In this document: one piece after another, positions 18,225 to 27,706 of the stretch
Layout of the letters: every line of letters begins with the position of its first letter
How positions within the stretch are numbered: position 1 is the stretch's first letter
Source: Nitrosopumilus sp.
GTDB taxonomy: Archaea > Thermoproteota > Nitrososphaeria > Nitrososphaerales > Nitrosopumilaceae
Assembly: GCA_965206745.1 (NCBI GenBank)
Contig: OZ242220.1
Coordinates: forward strand, 32,001-96,000
Reading direction: 5' to 3'
DNA: 64,000 nt
Translations under genes and position numbers: made by a program
Notes under the pieces: generated by a model
Databases searched by the model: none
The model's input: only the letters and a program-made list of their open reading frames with translations
What the model was told of the DNA's origin: nothing

Positions 18225-19691
18225 CTATTCCTTTTGGGACTCCTTGTCCTTGATGAATCCGCCCCCGACAGTATCGCCTAGATCTTCGGATGTTTTCTCT
18301 GCCGCAGCCGAATCCTCCTTGGGTTCCTCTGCGGGCTTTACAAATCCCCCCTCAACGGATTCTGGCGGAGGGATCTTTTTTGATCTTCCCAGTCCGATCG
18401 TGGTAATAATCACTGATGACAAGATAATAAAGAATATGAGCTGTGGGTATGCATCCGCATTTGGCAATCCCAAGGTAATCGGATATGTTGCAAGGACTGC
18501 CGCAGCCAGGCCCCTTGGTATCATGGAGTTTGTTACTGCCCTATCCAAAAGCGAGAATCTTTTTGTCAATGTTATCTTGCCGACAAACAATCTGCCAAAG
18601 TAGACGGCAACCGTAATGAGGACACCAAACACAAGATACTCTATCTGTCCAAAACTTGCCAGCAAGCCAACAAACACAAAGAAGAACGATCTTACCAAAA
18701 ATGTCAACTGATTGTGCGTGGGATCATCCATCTCAATCCTTGGGAGTTTGAATCGTAGTACGCGTGAGAGATGATTCTTGTTTCCAATCATCAGACCAAA
18801 CACCAGGGCAGTCAGTGCGCCGGACTCTCCAAATGAATTTGCCAAAAAGAACAGGACAAACAGGATTCCCAGTGTAAGCATGTATGCGTGTTGGGCATTG
18901 CCGAGCTTTGTCGATACATACATCCAGGGAATTCCCACCCCAAACCCAAGCACCAGTCCAACTATGACTGCTCTGCCAAGGGTCTCTTGCAGTGTCTGAA
19001 TATCAAAATGCCCGGCCAGTATTGCCTCAAACAGAATAAACGCAATAATTGTGGCCAAAATATCAGTTAATGCAGATTCAAAACTCAGCATCGACTTGGT
19101 CTCTTCTGAAATTTTGATGTTTCTTACCAGTCCAAACACGATCGCAGAACTGCTTCCCCCGACAATGGATCCCAGCAGAATACTCTCCAACCACAGCCAT
19201 CCTAATGCAAAGTGGGCGGCAAGTGAAATCATCACAACTGATAAAATAAAGCCAAGAATTGCAAGCGTAAATGAAAAGTGTGCAGTCTTCAAAACATGCT
19301 TGATATCCAGGTTCAGTCCCCCGTCAAACATGATGATAATCAACGCAAGGGCTGCAAAGTATGGTACCACCTGAATTACAGCTGCGGGCTGGATAATTCC
19401 AAATATGGGCCCGATAATCACGCCAAGAATCATTAGAAAAGCTACATCCGGAATCCCCGTTTTTTTGAAGAATGCCTCGCCGGCTACCCCTAGAAAGATC
19501 ACCACACCTGCAGCAAGCAGTATCACGTGAGCTTCGGCAATGGGCCCGTCATGGATAGAGAGCGTTCCAATCGAACTTTGCAACTCTGCAACTTTATCAA
19601 AAATCATACTCGAGTCAAAATCAGACAAGGGAAGCGAATCCCACGTCTGGCCGTCAAACAAATTCAAAATGGACAAAATTATGGGATTCAT
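18225..19691 (-). CDS. Cation:proton antiporter (CPA1/NhaP-like)
   Basis: About 13 TMs; IMFDGG, SFESALTD, PRGLAAAVLA. Confidence 0.9.
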   Translation of the reverse strand: MNPIILSILNLFDGQTWDSLPLSDFDSSMIFDKVAELQSSIGTLSIHDGPIAEAHVILLAAGVVIFLGVAGEAFFKKTGIPDVAFLMILGVIIGPIFGIIQPAAVIQVVPYFAALALIIIMFDGGLNLDIKHVLKTAHFSFTLAILGFILSVVMISLAAHFALGWLWLESILLGSIVGGSSSAIVFGLVRNIKISEETKSMLSFESALTDILATIIAFILFEAILAGHFDIQTLQETLGRAVIVGLVLGFGVGIPWMYVSTKLGNAQHAYMLTLGILFVLFFLANSFGESGALTALVFGLMIGNKNHLSRVLRFKLPRIEMDDPTHNQLTFLVRSFFFVFVGLLASFGQIEYLVFGVLITVAVYFGRLFVGKITLTKRFSLLDRAVTNSMIPRGLAAAVLATYPITLGLPNADAYPQLIFFIILSSVIITTIGLGRSKKIPPPESVEGGFVKPAEEPKEDSAAAEKTSEDLGDTVGGGFIKDKESQKE

Positions 19692-19792
19692 TTATGACTG
19701 TTTGTAAATATATCGGGATAAAAGTCAAACTAGCCAATTCGGGATTTTTAGGCTCTAACTGATTTTTAAATGACATATTCCTGACCCATGCT

Positions 19793-20335
19793 GTGAGTGC
19801 CACAAATCAACTCCGTGCTGATCATGATCAGGTTCGCCGTCTAGAAAAAATAGTATCAAAATGTGCCGCCGAACTATACAAAGGAACCAGGGTTCCATTC
19901 TCAGATCTGACAAAAATCACGATAGTAATTTCGGAATTTGTCGACACCATTCACCATTCCAGGGAGGAGGACTCGTATTTTCCATGCGTTGCAAGCTATG
20001 ATTCCCTAAAAGATGAGATTCGAAAATTCATGATTGAGCATGAGTTTGGCAGGAATGTAGCTCGGCAGATATCACACCACCTAAAAAGATGGAAGAATGG
20101 GGAGGATGCCCAAGAACCTGTATCGCGATATTTGAGAACGTATGCCATATTCCTAAATGACCACCTCAACAAGGAAAACAAGTTCTTTGATACGGCAGAG
20201 GCAGAGGTCTTATCAAGGGAGGAAGAAGTTGAAATGTACGAGCAATACAGATCAGTCTTTGCCATAGTGAAAAAAGTTGAGGAGCTGATTGCAGACATTG
20301 ATTATCTGGAAGATCAGCCCTGGGCCAAAAATTAA
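19793..20335 (+). CDS. Hemerythrin-domain protein
   Basis: DH, HHSREE..F, EHE.GR, HL.KEN..F. Confidence 0.88.
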   Translation: MSATNQLRADHDQVRRLEKIVSKCAAELYKGTRVPFSDLTKITIVISEFVDTIHHSREEDSYFPCVASYDSLKDEIRKFMIEHEFGRNVARQISHHLKRWKNGEDAQEPVSRYLRTYAIFLNDHLNKENKFFDTAEAEVLSREEEVEMYEQYRSVFAIVKKVEELIADIDYLEDQPWAKN

Positions 20336-20347
20336 CGTAAGCTCTTT

Positions 20348-20887
20348 ATGGGTTATTTGGATATTTCACTCATGAAACCTTTCATTCTTTGGATGACCGG
20401 TCTTCCTTGTTCAGGAAAGACTACCATCGTAAAAGATCTGCAAAAAGACATTCCAAATCTGGCAATGCTTGACGGTGATGAGCTAAGAGAATGGTTCTCT
20501 CCAAAAGACTTTTCAAAGGCCGGACGTGACGAGCACAACAAAAAAGTTGCCCATTTGGCAAAGCTCTTGTTAAAACACGGCGTTCCAAGCGCAGTATCCC
20601 TTGTCTCACCATATGTTGAGAATAGGGAAAATGCCAAAGAGATCATCAATGCAGGCAATCAGTTTGCAGAGTGTTATGTCAAGTGCTCACTTGAAAAATG
20701 TGAAGAAAGAGATGTCAAAGGCATGTATGCCAAGGCCAGAAAGGGGGAAATCAAAGGATTTACGGGGATTGATGATCCCTACGAGGCTCCCGAAAAGGCC
20801 GATTTGGTAGTTGATACGGAACATGATTCACTTTCAGACAGTGCAGACAAGATCAAGGACTTTCTTAAGGAAAGAAACCTACTCTAA
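20348..20887 (+). CDS. cysC: Adenylylsulfate kinase
   Basis: WMTGLPCSGKTT, LDGDELR, RDVKGMY, FTGIDDPYEAP; likely start 20372. Confidence 0.95.
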   Translation: MGYLDISLMKPFILWMTGLPCSGKTTIVKDLQKDIPNLAMLDGDELREWFSPKDFSKAGRDEHNKKVAHLAKLLLKHGVPSAVSLVSPYVENRENAKEIINAGNQFAECYVKCSLEKCEERDVKGMYAKARKGEIKGFTGIDDPYEAPEKADLVVDTEHDSLSDSADKIKDFLKERNLL

Positions 20888-21694
20888 TTTTTTAAATTCC
20901 TCAATTATTTTATCATGAATTAACCCGTTTGTTACCAGAATGCCGTTATGATGAAACACATCTTTGTTGTTGTATGTGATGTCGTTTCCTAGCATGTCCG
21001 TCATTCTTCCCCCTGCCTCTGAAATTATGCAATAAGAGGCAGCCGAATCCCATTCTTTCATTTTGTTTGTGGTCGTGATGTAGGCTTCAGCCTCACCCGA
21101 ACTTATCTTTCCCACCTTTAGCGAACTGCCTATGCTTGCAAAATCCTTGATGCCCAACTTCTTGATGAATGACTTTTCCCTGTCTGAGAGATGATGTCTT
21201 GAACCCACGGTCCTGCATTTTGAAATTTCTGAAACATTGGTTACAGATATCTTGTTCCATCCTCCACCTGAAAATCTGAATGCCCCGCTCCCCTTTTGGG
21301 CGACAAACAATGTTTTTTCTGTAGGCCATCCAATTACGCCAAGAATTGGTTTTTTATTTTTAATCAAGGAGATCATCACCGTAAATTCGCCTGTCTTGTC
21401 AATGAAATCAGAGGTCCCGTCAAGCGGGTCTACGATCCATATTGTCTCCTGCGATATTCTCTGCAAATCATCCTTATCCTCCTCAGATAAAATCCAGTGT
21501 TTTGTGTGGGACAGGACTTTTTTAATCACCTCATTACTCTTCAAATCCGCATCTGTAACTGGGGAATCGTCATTTTTTGTAGTTGTCTTGTAATCTTTTT
21601 GATAGATATCCAGAATCGCATCTCCGGCATCAATTGCGGCCTTGATGGCAATATCCAACTCCGGAATCTTGTTTGAAATGGGAATATCTTGCAA
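20879..21694 (-). CDS. cysQ: 3'(2'),5'-bisphosphate nucleotidase
   Basis: SPVTDAD, LSEE, WIVDPLDGT, EWDSAA. Confidence 0.9.
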   Translation of the reverse strand: MQDIPISNKIPELDIAIKAAIDAGDAILDIYQKDYKTTTKNDDSPVTDADLKSNEVIKKVLSHTKHWILSEEDKDDLQRISQETIWIVDPLDGTSDFIDKTGEFTVMISLIKNKKPILGVIGWPTEKTLFVAQKGSGAFRFSGGGWNKISVTNVSEISKCRTVGSRHHLSDREKSFIKKLGIKDFASIGSSLKVGKISSGEAEAYITTTNKMKEWDSAASYCIISEAGGRMTDMLGNDITYNNKDVFHHNGILVTNGLIHDKIIEEFKKLE

Positions 21695-21704
21695 TGGAGA
21701 TTAC

Positions 21705-21956
21705 CTAGGTTGTAAGTTCTGGCTTTAATGTCCAGACGACTCCAAGTACAATAAATGGAATTGACATTACTCCGATGATGGCAAGTATGGTGTTAAATTG
21801 TGCAGTTGACACCTCCGGATTGTTTATTATCCATGGCAAGGGCAGCGTTATGATTATCCAAATAATTCCCAAAAGTATGATTAGCTTTGCCTTTGCTTTT
21901 CTGTCTTTCATAGGATTTCCTCCTTTTGGCGTTGTATTAAATTCATCTGAACTCAT
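21705..21956 (-). CDS. Small two-TM membrane protein
   Basis: Two hydrophobic segments; ATG at 21956 overlaps the SDR stop (ATGA coupling). Confidence 0.65.
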   Translation of the reverse strand: MSSDEFNTTPKGGNPMKDRKAKAKLIILLGIIWIIITLPLPWIINNPEVSTAQFNTILAIIGVMSIPFIVLGVVWTLKPELTT

Positions 21957-22696
21957 TTGATTGATTCCCCTCCATCCACAGTCAGTATTGCACCCGTGGT
22001 CCATGATGCATCATCTGAGGCAAAGTACAAGACTGCCTTTCCAATCTCATCAGGCTGCCCAATTCTGCCAATTGGGTGTTCATTATTCATGAATTCTCTG
22101 TCTTTTTCAGTCCCCAAGAATGGTTTTGTCATGTCTGTATCGACCACCCCGGGGCAGATGCAATTAACCCTGATCCCGTCTTTTGAGTACTCTAGTGCCC
22201 AGCACTTTGTCAATAGGATCAAGGCGGCCTTTGATGCAGAATATGCATCTGCATTGAACCCCTGGTATGCCTTTATCCCGGCATCTGATGATATGTTGAT
22301 TATTGACCCGGATGTTTTCTGCAAATGAGGAATTGCCTCCTTGGTAAATCTAAACTGCCCTGTGAGGTTTACATCCAAAACCCTGTTCCATTCTTCCTCG
22401 TCAATCTCATGTAATTTTTTTATCTCAGGAAATACTCCTGCATTGTTTACAAGAATATCCAATCTTCCAAATTTTTCAACCACCTTGCCCACGACATCTT
22501 TCACCTCGCCTGTAACCCTAATGTCTGCCACAATGCCTATGGAATTGGGAATCTCCTTTACTGCATTCTCCAATCTCTCCTTATTTTTTGCAGTGATTGC
22601 CACAGTAGCCCCGTTCTCTGAAAGAATCTTTGCAGTAGCCAGCCCAATTCCGCGACTCCCACCTGTTACTAGGGCAATTTTACCAGATAATCTCAA
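21953..22696 (-). CDS. Short-chain dehydrogenase/reductase (FabG-like)
   Basis: TGGSRGIG, NNAG, YSASK, VNCICPG. Confidence 0.92.
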   Translation of the reverse strand: MRLSGKIALVTGGSRGIGLATAKILSENGATVAITAKNKERLENAVKEIPNSIGIVADIRVTGEVKDVVGKVVEKFGRLDILVNNAGVFPEIKKLHEIDEEEWNRVLDVNLTGQFRFTKEAIPHLQKTSGSIINISSDAGIKAYQGFNADAYSASKAALILLTKCWALEYSKDGIRVNCICPGVVDTDMTKPFLGTEKDREFMNNEHPIGRIGQPDEIGKAVLYFASDDASWTTGAILTVDGGESIK

Positions 22697-23107
22697 TATT
22701 GTCTAGATTTAAAATCGTAATTTATAGATCTATTAATCAATTTTAGGCACAAAAAATTATACAAAATATGATGATTTTCTATAAAATTTAACATTAAATT
22801 TTAAATACTTGGAGTTGTTATAGTTGTTAATGTCGAAAGATGTAATTACTATCGACTAAAACTGCGTAACCCCGCAGAACGAAAAAAGGTGATCAGACGT
22901 TAAACGACTGACAAAGAGAGGAAATCTCTCATTGTTCTGTAACAAAGGGGTATACGCCTTTTCAACTTTCTAAAAGTGCTTGTTGCATGACTCTGATTTT
23001 AGGCAATTGATGAATCGTTGATTTCTTTGTGGTCTGGCATCTCGTGCAACAAATCAAAATCATTCTATAGTGAATACAAATTTTAAAAAATAAACAAATA
23101 TACTAAT

Positions 23108-23180
23108 TTACTATATATGGTAATTAACCATATATAGTAATTAACCATATATAGTAATTAACCATATATAGTAATTAACT
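23108..23180. repeat. 17-bp AT-rich tandem repeat x3 plus an inverted partial copy
   Basis: CCATATATAGTAATTAA at 23128, 23145, 23162; TTACTATATATGG (23108-23120) is the reverse complement of the first 13 bp. Confidence 0.9.
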
Positions 23181-23210
23181 ATATACTAACCAAGTATATA
23201 GTGAGATAAG

Positions 23211-23420
23211 TTGAGTTTAGAAAATCAGACAATTGTTAAAAGCGGTGAAACTTTTGAAATTAGTGGATTCTATTGTTATGATGGTCATATTTCTAAAAAC
23301 GGCGAAGAATGTTTTGTTCCAGACCCTTCTTATCTAAAATATTTTAAAAAAGGTGATGTCGGTTCAAAGTTGGGTTCATGTCCTCATGATATTAATTGGA
23401 TTCTTATATCTGCTCAATAG
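23211..23420 (+). CDS. YjzC-like small Cys/His protein
   Basis: KSGE...SGFY...GH...C...FKKGD......CPH...W pattern. Confidence 0.55.
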   Translation: MSLENQTIVKSGETFEISGFYCYDGHISKNGEECFVPDPSYLKYFKKGDVGSKLGSCPHDINWILISAQ

Positions 23421-23853
23421 CTTTTAATTCTTCTAAAGCTAAATCGTAATAGTCTCTTGTTGATTTATTTTCCATCCCTAACGCTTTTAAATTTTTAATT
23501 CTTCTAAAATAATCAATATACTCTATTTCATCATATGCATCTTGAAAATATGGCCCTATAATGTATAGATCATCTACAATTTGATCTAATATTTTTTTGG
23601 CGTGTTTATACTCTGCATTTGCACCTTTGATTAATATCAAATGTCTTTTGATAATTTTCTTAACCTTCTTCTTTTTTCTATCTTGTTTAATACGATCATA
23701 AAGAAAAGGTATGATTAATGCACTTGAAATGGAAAAAACAATCATAATCCAATTAAATTCTGATACAAAGTCGATCTTAACATAAAGTGAAATAATTATT
23801 ATGATCGCTGGAATCGGCAAACTGATCATTCCTAATTTAAATTCATTATTCAT
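23404..23853 (-). CDS. Low-GC membrane protein, unknown function
   Basis: Two N-terminal TMs and a charged helical C-terminus; AT-rich codon usage. Confidence 0.6.
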   Translation of the reverse strand: MNNEFKLGMISLPIPAIIIIISLYVKIDFVSEFNWIMIVFSISSALIIPFLYDRIKQDRKKKKVKKIIKRHLILIKGANAEYKHAKKILDQIVDDLYIIGPYFQDAYDEIEYIDYFRRIKNLKALGMENKSTRDYYDLALEELKAIEQI

Positions 23854-24009
23854 AATTTAACGATCTTTTCATAAAGTTATTTAATATAAGTAATAAGTAA
23901 CAATAATTTTTACCAAATTTTAAAATTATAATTCAATTTTGTGATGAATATTAATTTCATACTAGTGTAATTTATTGAATATATTGGAATCTAGATTTAT
24001 TTTTCTGCC

Positions 24010-24090
24010 ATGTCAGATGGTATTTTCTTAATCGTGACTTTATCTGTTGGAATTGTATTTTTGATCTTTATTGCCTACCTCATTGCATGA
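24010..24090 (+). CDS. Possible 26-aa single-TM microprotein
   Basis: MSDGIFLIVTLSVGIVFLIFIAYLIA*, read manually; AT-rich TATA-like sequence upstream. Confidence 0.4.
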   Translation: MSDGIFLIVTLSVGIVFLIFIAYLIA

Positions 24091-24095
24091 TTCAA

Positions 24096-24503
24096 TCAAT
24101 TTAGATGATTATTTGCCTCCCTGCACAGTCTAATCCAAACCATATTTTCTGAAATTATGTCAGTCACCTGGTTGTATGAAACAACCTTGAATTTCATCCC
24201 ATGTAACATGTTTTCCCTTTTTCGTGCCATCACGCTCTCTCAAACAACTCTTTATTGTAGCAAATGTGTCCCCAATCACCCATCTTTTTCCACAACCTGC
24301 AGTCTTTTTCCACTCAGTATTTGCATCTTTACTGCCATTGTACGCAGATACGATGAGGTATCACATCTGGAATTTTTTCGGACCGGAATCACAGCATATT
24401 TCCTCATGGTACAGGTGCTCAAATATTGTGGCCGCACGATATGTATCATCTGCCAACACCTAAGATACGGTGTTTCTTTTGCCTGACTCTTCAGCCAGAT
24501 CAA
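24096..24503 (-). pseudogene. Possible decayed DUF559/Vsr-like endonuclease
   Basis: VVEKDG*LGTH...(ERD in adjacent frame)...HGMKFKVVSY resembles IExDGxxH..RD..LxxxGxxV; several stops. Confidence 0.3.
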
Positions 24504-24529
24504 TTAGATGCTTTTAGTTATGGAGTGGG

Positions 24530-24991
24530 CTATATCTGGGGGCGGACTGTACCATCGAAAAGATAAACTGATACCGAACCCAACGTTTCCCCGTTTGGAT
24601 CAATTACAATTGAAACTTCTTGCATGTCTGAAATGGAGATAGTTTTTTGCCCGTCATAATCCCATGTAAAATACTCTGAGATTCCAGTTTGATGGGGCAT
24701 TCCTACCCGCTGAAAATCTTCAGAAAAATTAAACGCATCCCCATTTATGGCAATTGATAAAACTTTTGGACTGCTGCCATTTGGAACAAAGCTGAAAAGA
24801 TATTCGCCTGGCTCAAGGGTAAAATTTTGAGTATAGACCCCATCAACGTAAAGATTAGGATCTGCAAGTGTCACATGAAATGCACTGACACTCTTCTCTG
24901 TTTTGTCTGATGAAAAAATTGCTAAAACAATTACTACTGTTGCAATTATGGGTATGATGATGATTTTTTTATTCAATAAGACACGTTCCAA
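24530..24991 (-). CDS. Membrane-anchored extracellular beta-rich protein
   Basis: N-terminal TM, then FHVTLADPNLY... Confidence 0.7.
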   Translation of the reverse strand: MERVLLNKKIIIIPIIATVVIVLAIFSSDKTEKSVSAFHVTLADPNLYVDGVYTQNFTLEPGEYLFSFVPNGSSPKVLSIAINGDAFNFSEDFQRVGMPHQTGISEYFTWDYDGQKTISISDMQEVSIVIDPNGETLGSVSVYLFDGTVRPQI

Positions 24992-25054
24992 ATTGCGTTA
25001 TAAAAATAAATTTCAATAGGCTTAAGTTCGTAAATATGGGGCAAATAGTAGCAA

Positions 25055-25342
25055 ATGGACTTTGTTTGTAAGAGATGTGGGTCTGTATTTTGTGCAGCAA
25101 ATAGGGAATCAACCTGCAAAGACTGCAGTATCCAGCTGGTCCTGCTAGATAAGCAGCTAAAGATCAATGATGGAAGAATAAAGAAACTCGAAGAGCATAA
25201 AAAATCCGAATTAAAAAATCCCAAATCAGAGAACGCCAAAACTCACCTAGAAACTATGCAGCGATTGGAGTATAATCTGCAACTTGAATACAAAAAACGT
25301 GATGGGATAATTAAGATGATAAACTCCAAGACCTCATTCTAG
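25055..25342 (+). CDS. Zn-finger plus coiled-coil hypothetical protein
   Basis: CKRC...C...CKDC followed by heptads. Confidence 0.65.
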   Translation: MDFVCKRCGSVFCAANRESTCKDCSIQLVLLDKQLKINDGRIKKLEEHKKSELKNPKSENAKTHLETMQRLEYNLQLEYKKRDGIIKMINSKTSF

Positions 25343-25523
25343 ATCCCTCCATCACGGCTTCAAATTACGGCTATTTAGGAAGAGCATTTTTGAGCATCTT
25401 GCATTCATGTATCTGCCTTCAGGCCAAAATCATCAAAAAGCATCATTTTACTTAGTTATTTTTAATGTCCTGTTAACCATTATTTACACTGGAAATTAAG
25501 TACATATTCCTAAACTCAGACTC

Positions 25524-26171
25524 ATGTCCAATTTAACCAACAAATGGTCAAAGCAATCCCAGCCTAGTATTACTGAAAAAATTAACGATACCATCAAGCC
25601 TAAAGGTGCCTTAAAGCCAAGAGTGCAAGATGGGATTAAAAAATTACAATTACAAATTAAAAAATTAGATACCATGTTAACAAGTTTGCAGGAACGTGAT
25701 GCAAAGCTATTCCAACGAATCGTGGATGCAACGCAAAAACATGACACTCAAACAACCAAAGTTCTCGGAAATGAACTGGCTGAAGTTAGAAAGGTTACAA
25801 AAATTTTGAGTAGTGCCAGGATAGCGCTAGAACAGATAGAATTACGATTAACTACATGCAGTGATCTTGGAGACACCGTAGTAGCCATAATGCCAACAAT
25901 GGGACTGATGAAGAATCTCAAATCTTCCCTTGGAAAAATCATGCCTGGTGCTGAGCAAGAAATTGGCCAAATGGCAGAAATGCTTGGTGGCTTTATGACC
26001 GAAAGTTTCTCAGGGGATGCGGCATTTGGAATGGACCAGACATCCAGCGCAGAGTCTGAAAGCATCCTAAAGGAGGCCGCCGCTGTTGCTGAAAGTTCGG
26101 CAGGACAAATGTTCCCTTCGGTTCCAACAGATTCGGAAGAAGCAACAACCACCACCGCAAAATATCTTTAA
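25524..26171 (+). CDS. cdvB: ESCRT-III/Snf7 family CdvB paralogue
   Basis: Snf7 helical core (LGNELAEVRK..ALEQIELRL) and acidic ILKEAAAVAE tail; clear paralogue of 57765-58415. Confidence 0.9.
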   Translation: MSNLTNKWSKQSQPSITEKINDTIKPKGALKPRVQDGIKKLQLQIKKLDTMLTSLQERDAKLFQRIVDATQKHDTQTTKVLGNELAEVRKVTKILSSARIALEQIELRLTTCSDLGDTVVAIMPTMGLMKNLKSSLGKIMPGAEQEIGQMAEMLGGFMTESFSGDAAFGMDQTSSAESESILKEAAAVAESSAGQMFPSVPTDSEEATTTTAKYL

Positions 26172-26181
26172 TTCTGAAACC

Positions 26182-26646
26182 CTATTGATCAAATGAATCT
26201 CTGGATTCCTTGATTTTTCTGACTCTGCTGCCCTCATCATCAATCACCCTGTCAACACCAGAAAGCCTGTCCCTTAAGGTATTGATGATGGAGCCTACCT
26301 CGTCAGCCTCATTTTCCACCCTCAACCTCTTGTTGGCAAGCTCTGCAATTCCCTTGTTTTCCTCCTCTATGTATTCACTGACTTTCTGAAGCTTTTCTTT
26401 GAGATTCTTAATATCGACTGATTCCTCTTCAATGTCCTTTTCAAGCAGTGTTCTCTTATCTTTGAGATTTTTAATCATTAAACCAACGTAATCTATTGCC
26501 TCTTCCAATTTTGCCCGTTTTGTCATCAACTCCCCAATTCCAATTTGACTGGAAGTCTCTACCGTAGAACTGGATTCTTCAGCACCGGCATTCTCACTTT
26601 TCTCCTCTACCATCTCTCCTCCCTCATTTTTGAATTTGTCAAACAT
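26182..26646 (-). CDS. Coiled-coil hypothetical protein
   Basis: Continuous heptad pattern, convergent with cdvB. Confidence 0.75.
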   Translation of the reverse strand: MFDKFKNEGGEMVEEKSENAGAEESSSTVETSSQIGIGELMTKRAKLEEAIDYVGLMIKNLKDKRTLLEKDIEEESVDIKNLKEKLQKVSEYIEEENKGIAELANKRLRVENEADEVGSIINTLRDRLSGVDRVIDDEGSRVRKIKESRDSFDQ

Positions 26647-27169
26647 TTTATGATTTACTTTCCAAAATGGGAATAAAAAGTTACATTAGATCTCAAAGCT
26701 GACCTTGTGAATGATTTTTAGTCAATCAAAGAGAAAGGTGATTTTTCACCGGATTGATCTTTTGAATTCCCAGGCCAAACCAATGAATTTTCCTGAATTG
26801 GTGATTGATTCTCCAATTTGCAGTAATCTGAGATTCTGAGCCATCTCAGGAATTGACAGGCCAAGCTGTAAACTAGATCCGTTTCTGCATCTTTTCCAGA
26901 AAATACCATGAATCTGGGGCTTCTTTGCCCAAATATCCCCTCATCCCTTGAAATATCCCGCAGATCTTCTCCCAATTTTGATGCTTTTCCATCAAAAATG
27001 ATGATTTCCTGCACTGATATGCCTTGTAATTGGCACAACCCAAAGAGATTTGGTCATCAAATGAGTAGTTCTCTGCAAATCCACACCTGTTAGACCCTTC
27101 AGGCAACGCAGAGGCCCGTCTAAACCTCCCCAAAATGACAAAATTCAGGAATTATCCTGTTCCTTATAT

Positions 27170-27345
27170 GCTAAAATTTGGCAAATTGACATAAAATTTG
27201 GCAAAATGGAACATTTTCTGTCAAAATATTCCAAAATGACATTTTTTTAGAAAAATGACGTTTTTTTGAATCAATTTTTAGGCGTAATTTTTTCATTCAT
27301 TTTTCAAAATCTCGAAAATGGAGCAATTTTTCTAGTAAAATTGGT
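27170..27345. other. Helically phased A/T-tracts (predicted intrinsically curved DNA)
   Basis: Successive 10-mers ctaaaatttg/gcaaattgac/ataaaatttg/gcaaaatgga/acattttctg/tcaaaatatt/ccaaaatgac/atttttttag/aaaaatgacg/tttttttgaa keep the A/T-tract in register. Confidence 0.75.
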
Positions 27346-27414
27346 GTTCCGCTATGCGTTCCGCTATAAAGTTTCAAAATGTTCCTCATAAACCCCTCCA
27401 TTCTATACTAGAGC

Positions 27415-27702
27415 ATGTCAAAACAACAATACAGGTCCGAAATGGGCATAATGGGCGATATCTTAGACGTGACTGCCGATGGCGGTCGTGGGGGAGTCAT
27501 TGTATCTGCAATCTCTCGCAAAGCCAACCTGTCTCACTATGCAGTACTAGACAAATGTGAGAAACTAGTAGAAGCAGGCTTGGTCGAATCCGTCAAAAAC
27601 GACAGGAACAGGGTCTTTTTGATTACTGAAAAAGGACTCTTGTTTTTTCAGGAATTCAAGAAATTTCAGGGACTAGTCGAAAGCATGAATCTAAGGTATT
27701 GA
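27415..27702 (+). CDS. Winged-helix DNA-binding protein (ArnR1/HTH_45-like)
   Basis: YRS...I..DIL...ISRKANLSH...LVEAGLV...ITEKG. Confidence 0.85.
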   Translation: MSKQQYRSEMGIMGDILDVTADGGRGGVIVSAISRKANLSHYAVLDKCEKLVEAGLVESVKNDRNRVFLITEKGLLFFQEFKKFQGLVESMNLRY

Positions 27703-27706
27703 GCAT

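Noticed and set aside
26718-27133. ORFs 26718-27038, 26873-27133 and 26908-27093 as genes
   Set aside because: They overlap each other, have atypical composition and no family motifs; the sequence is better explained as periodic non-coding DNA.
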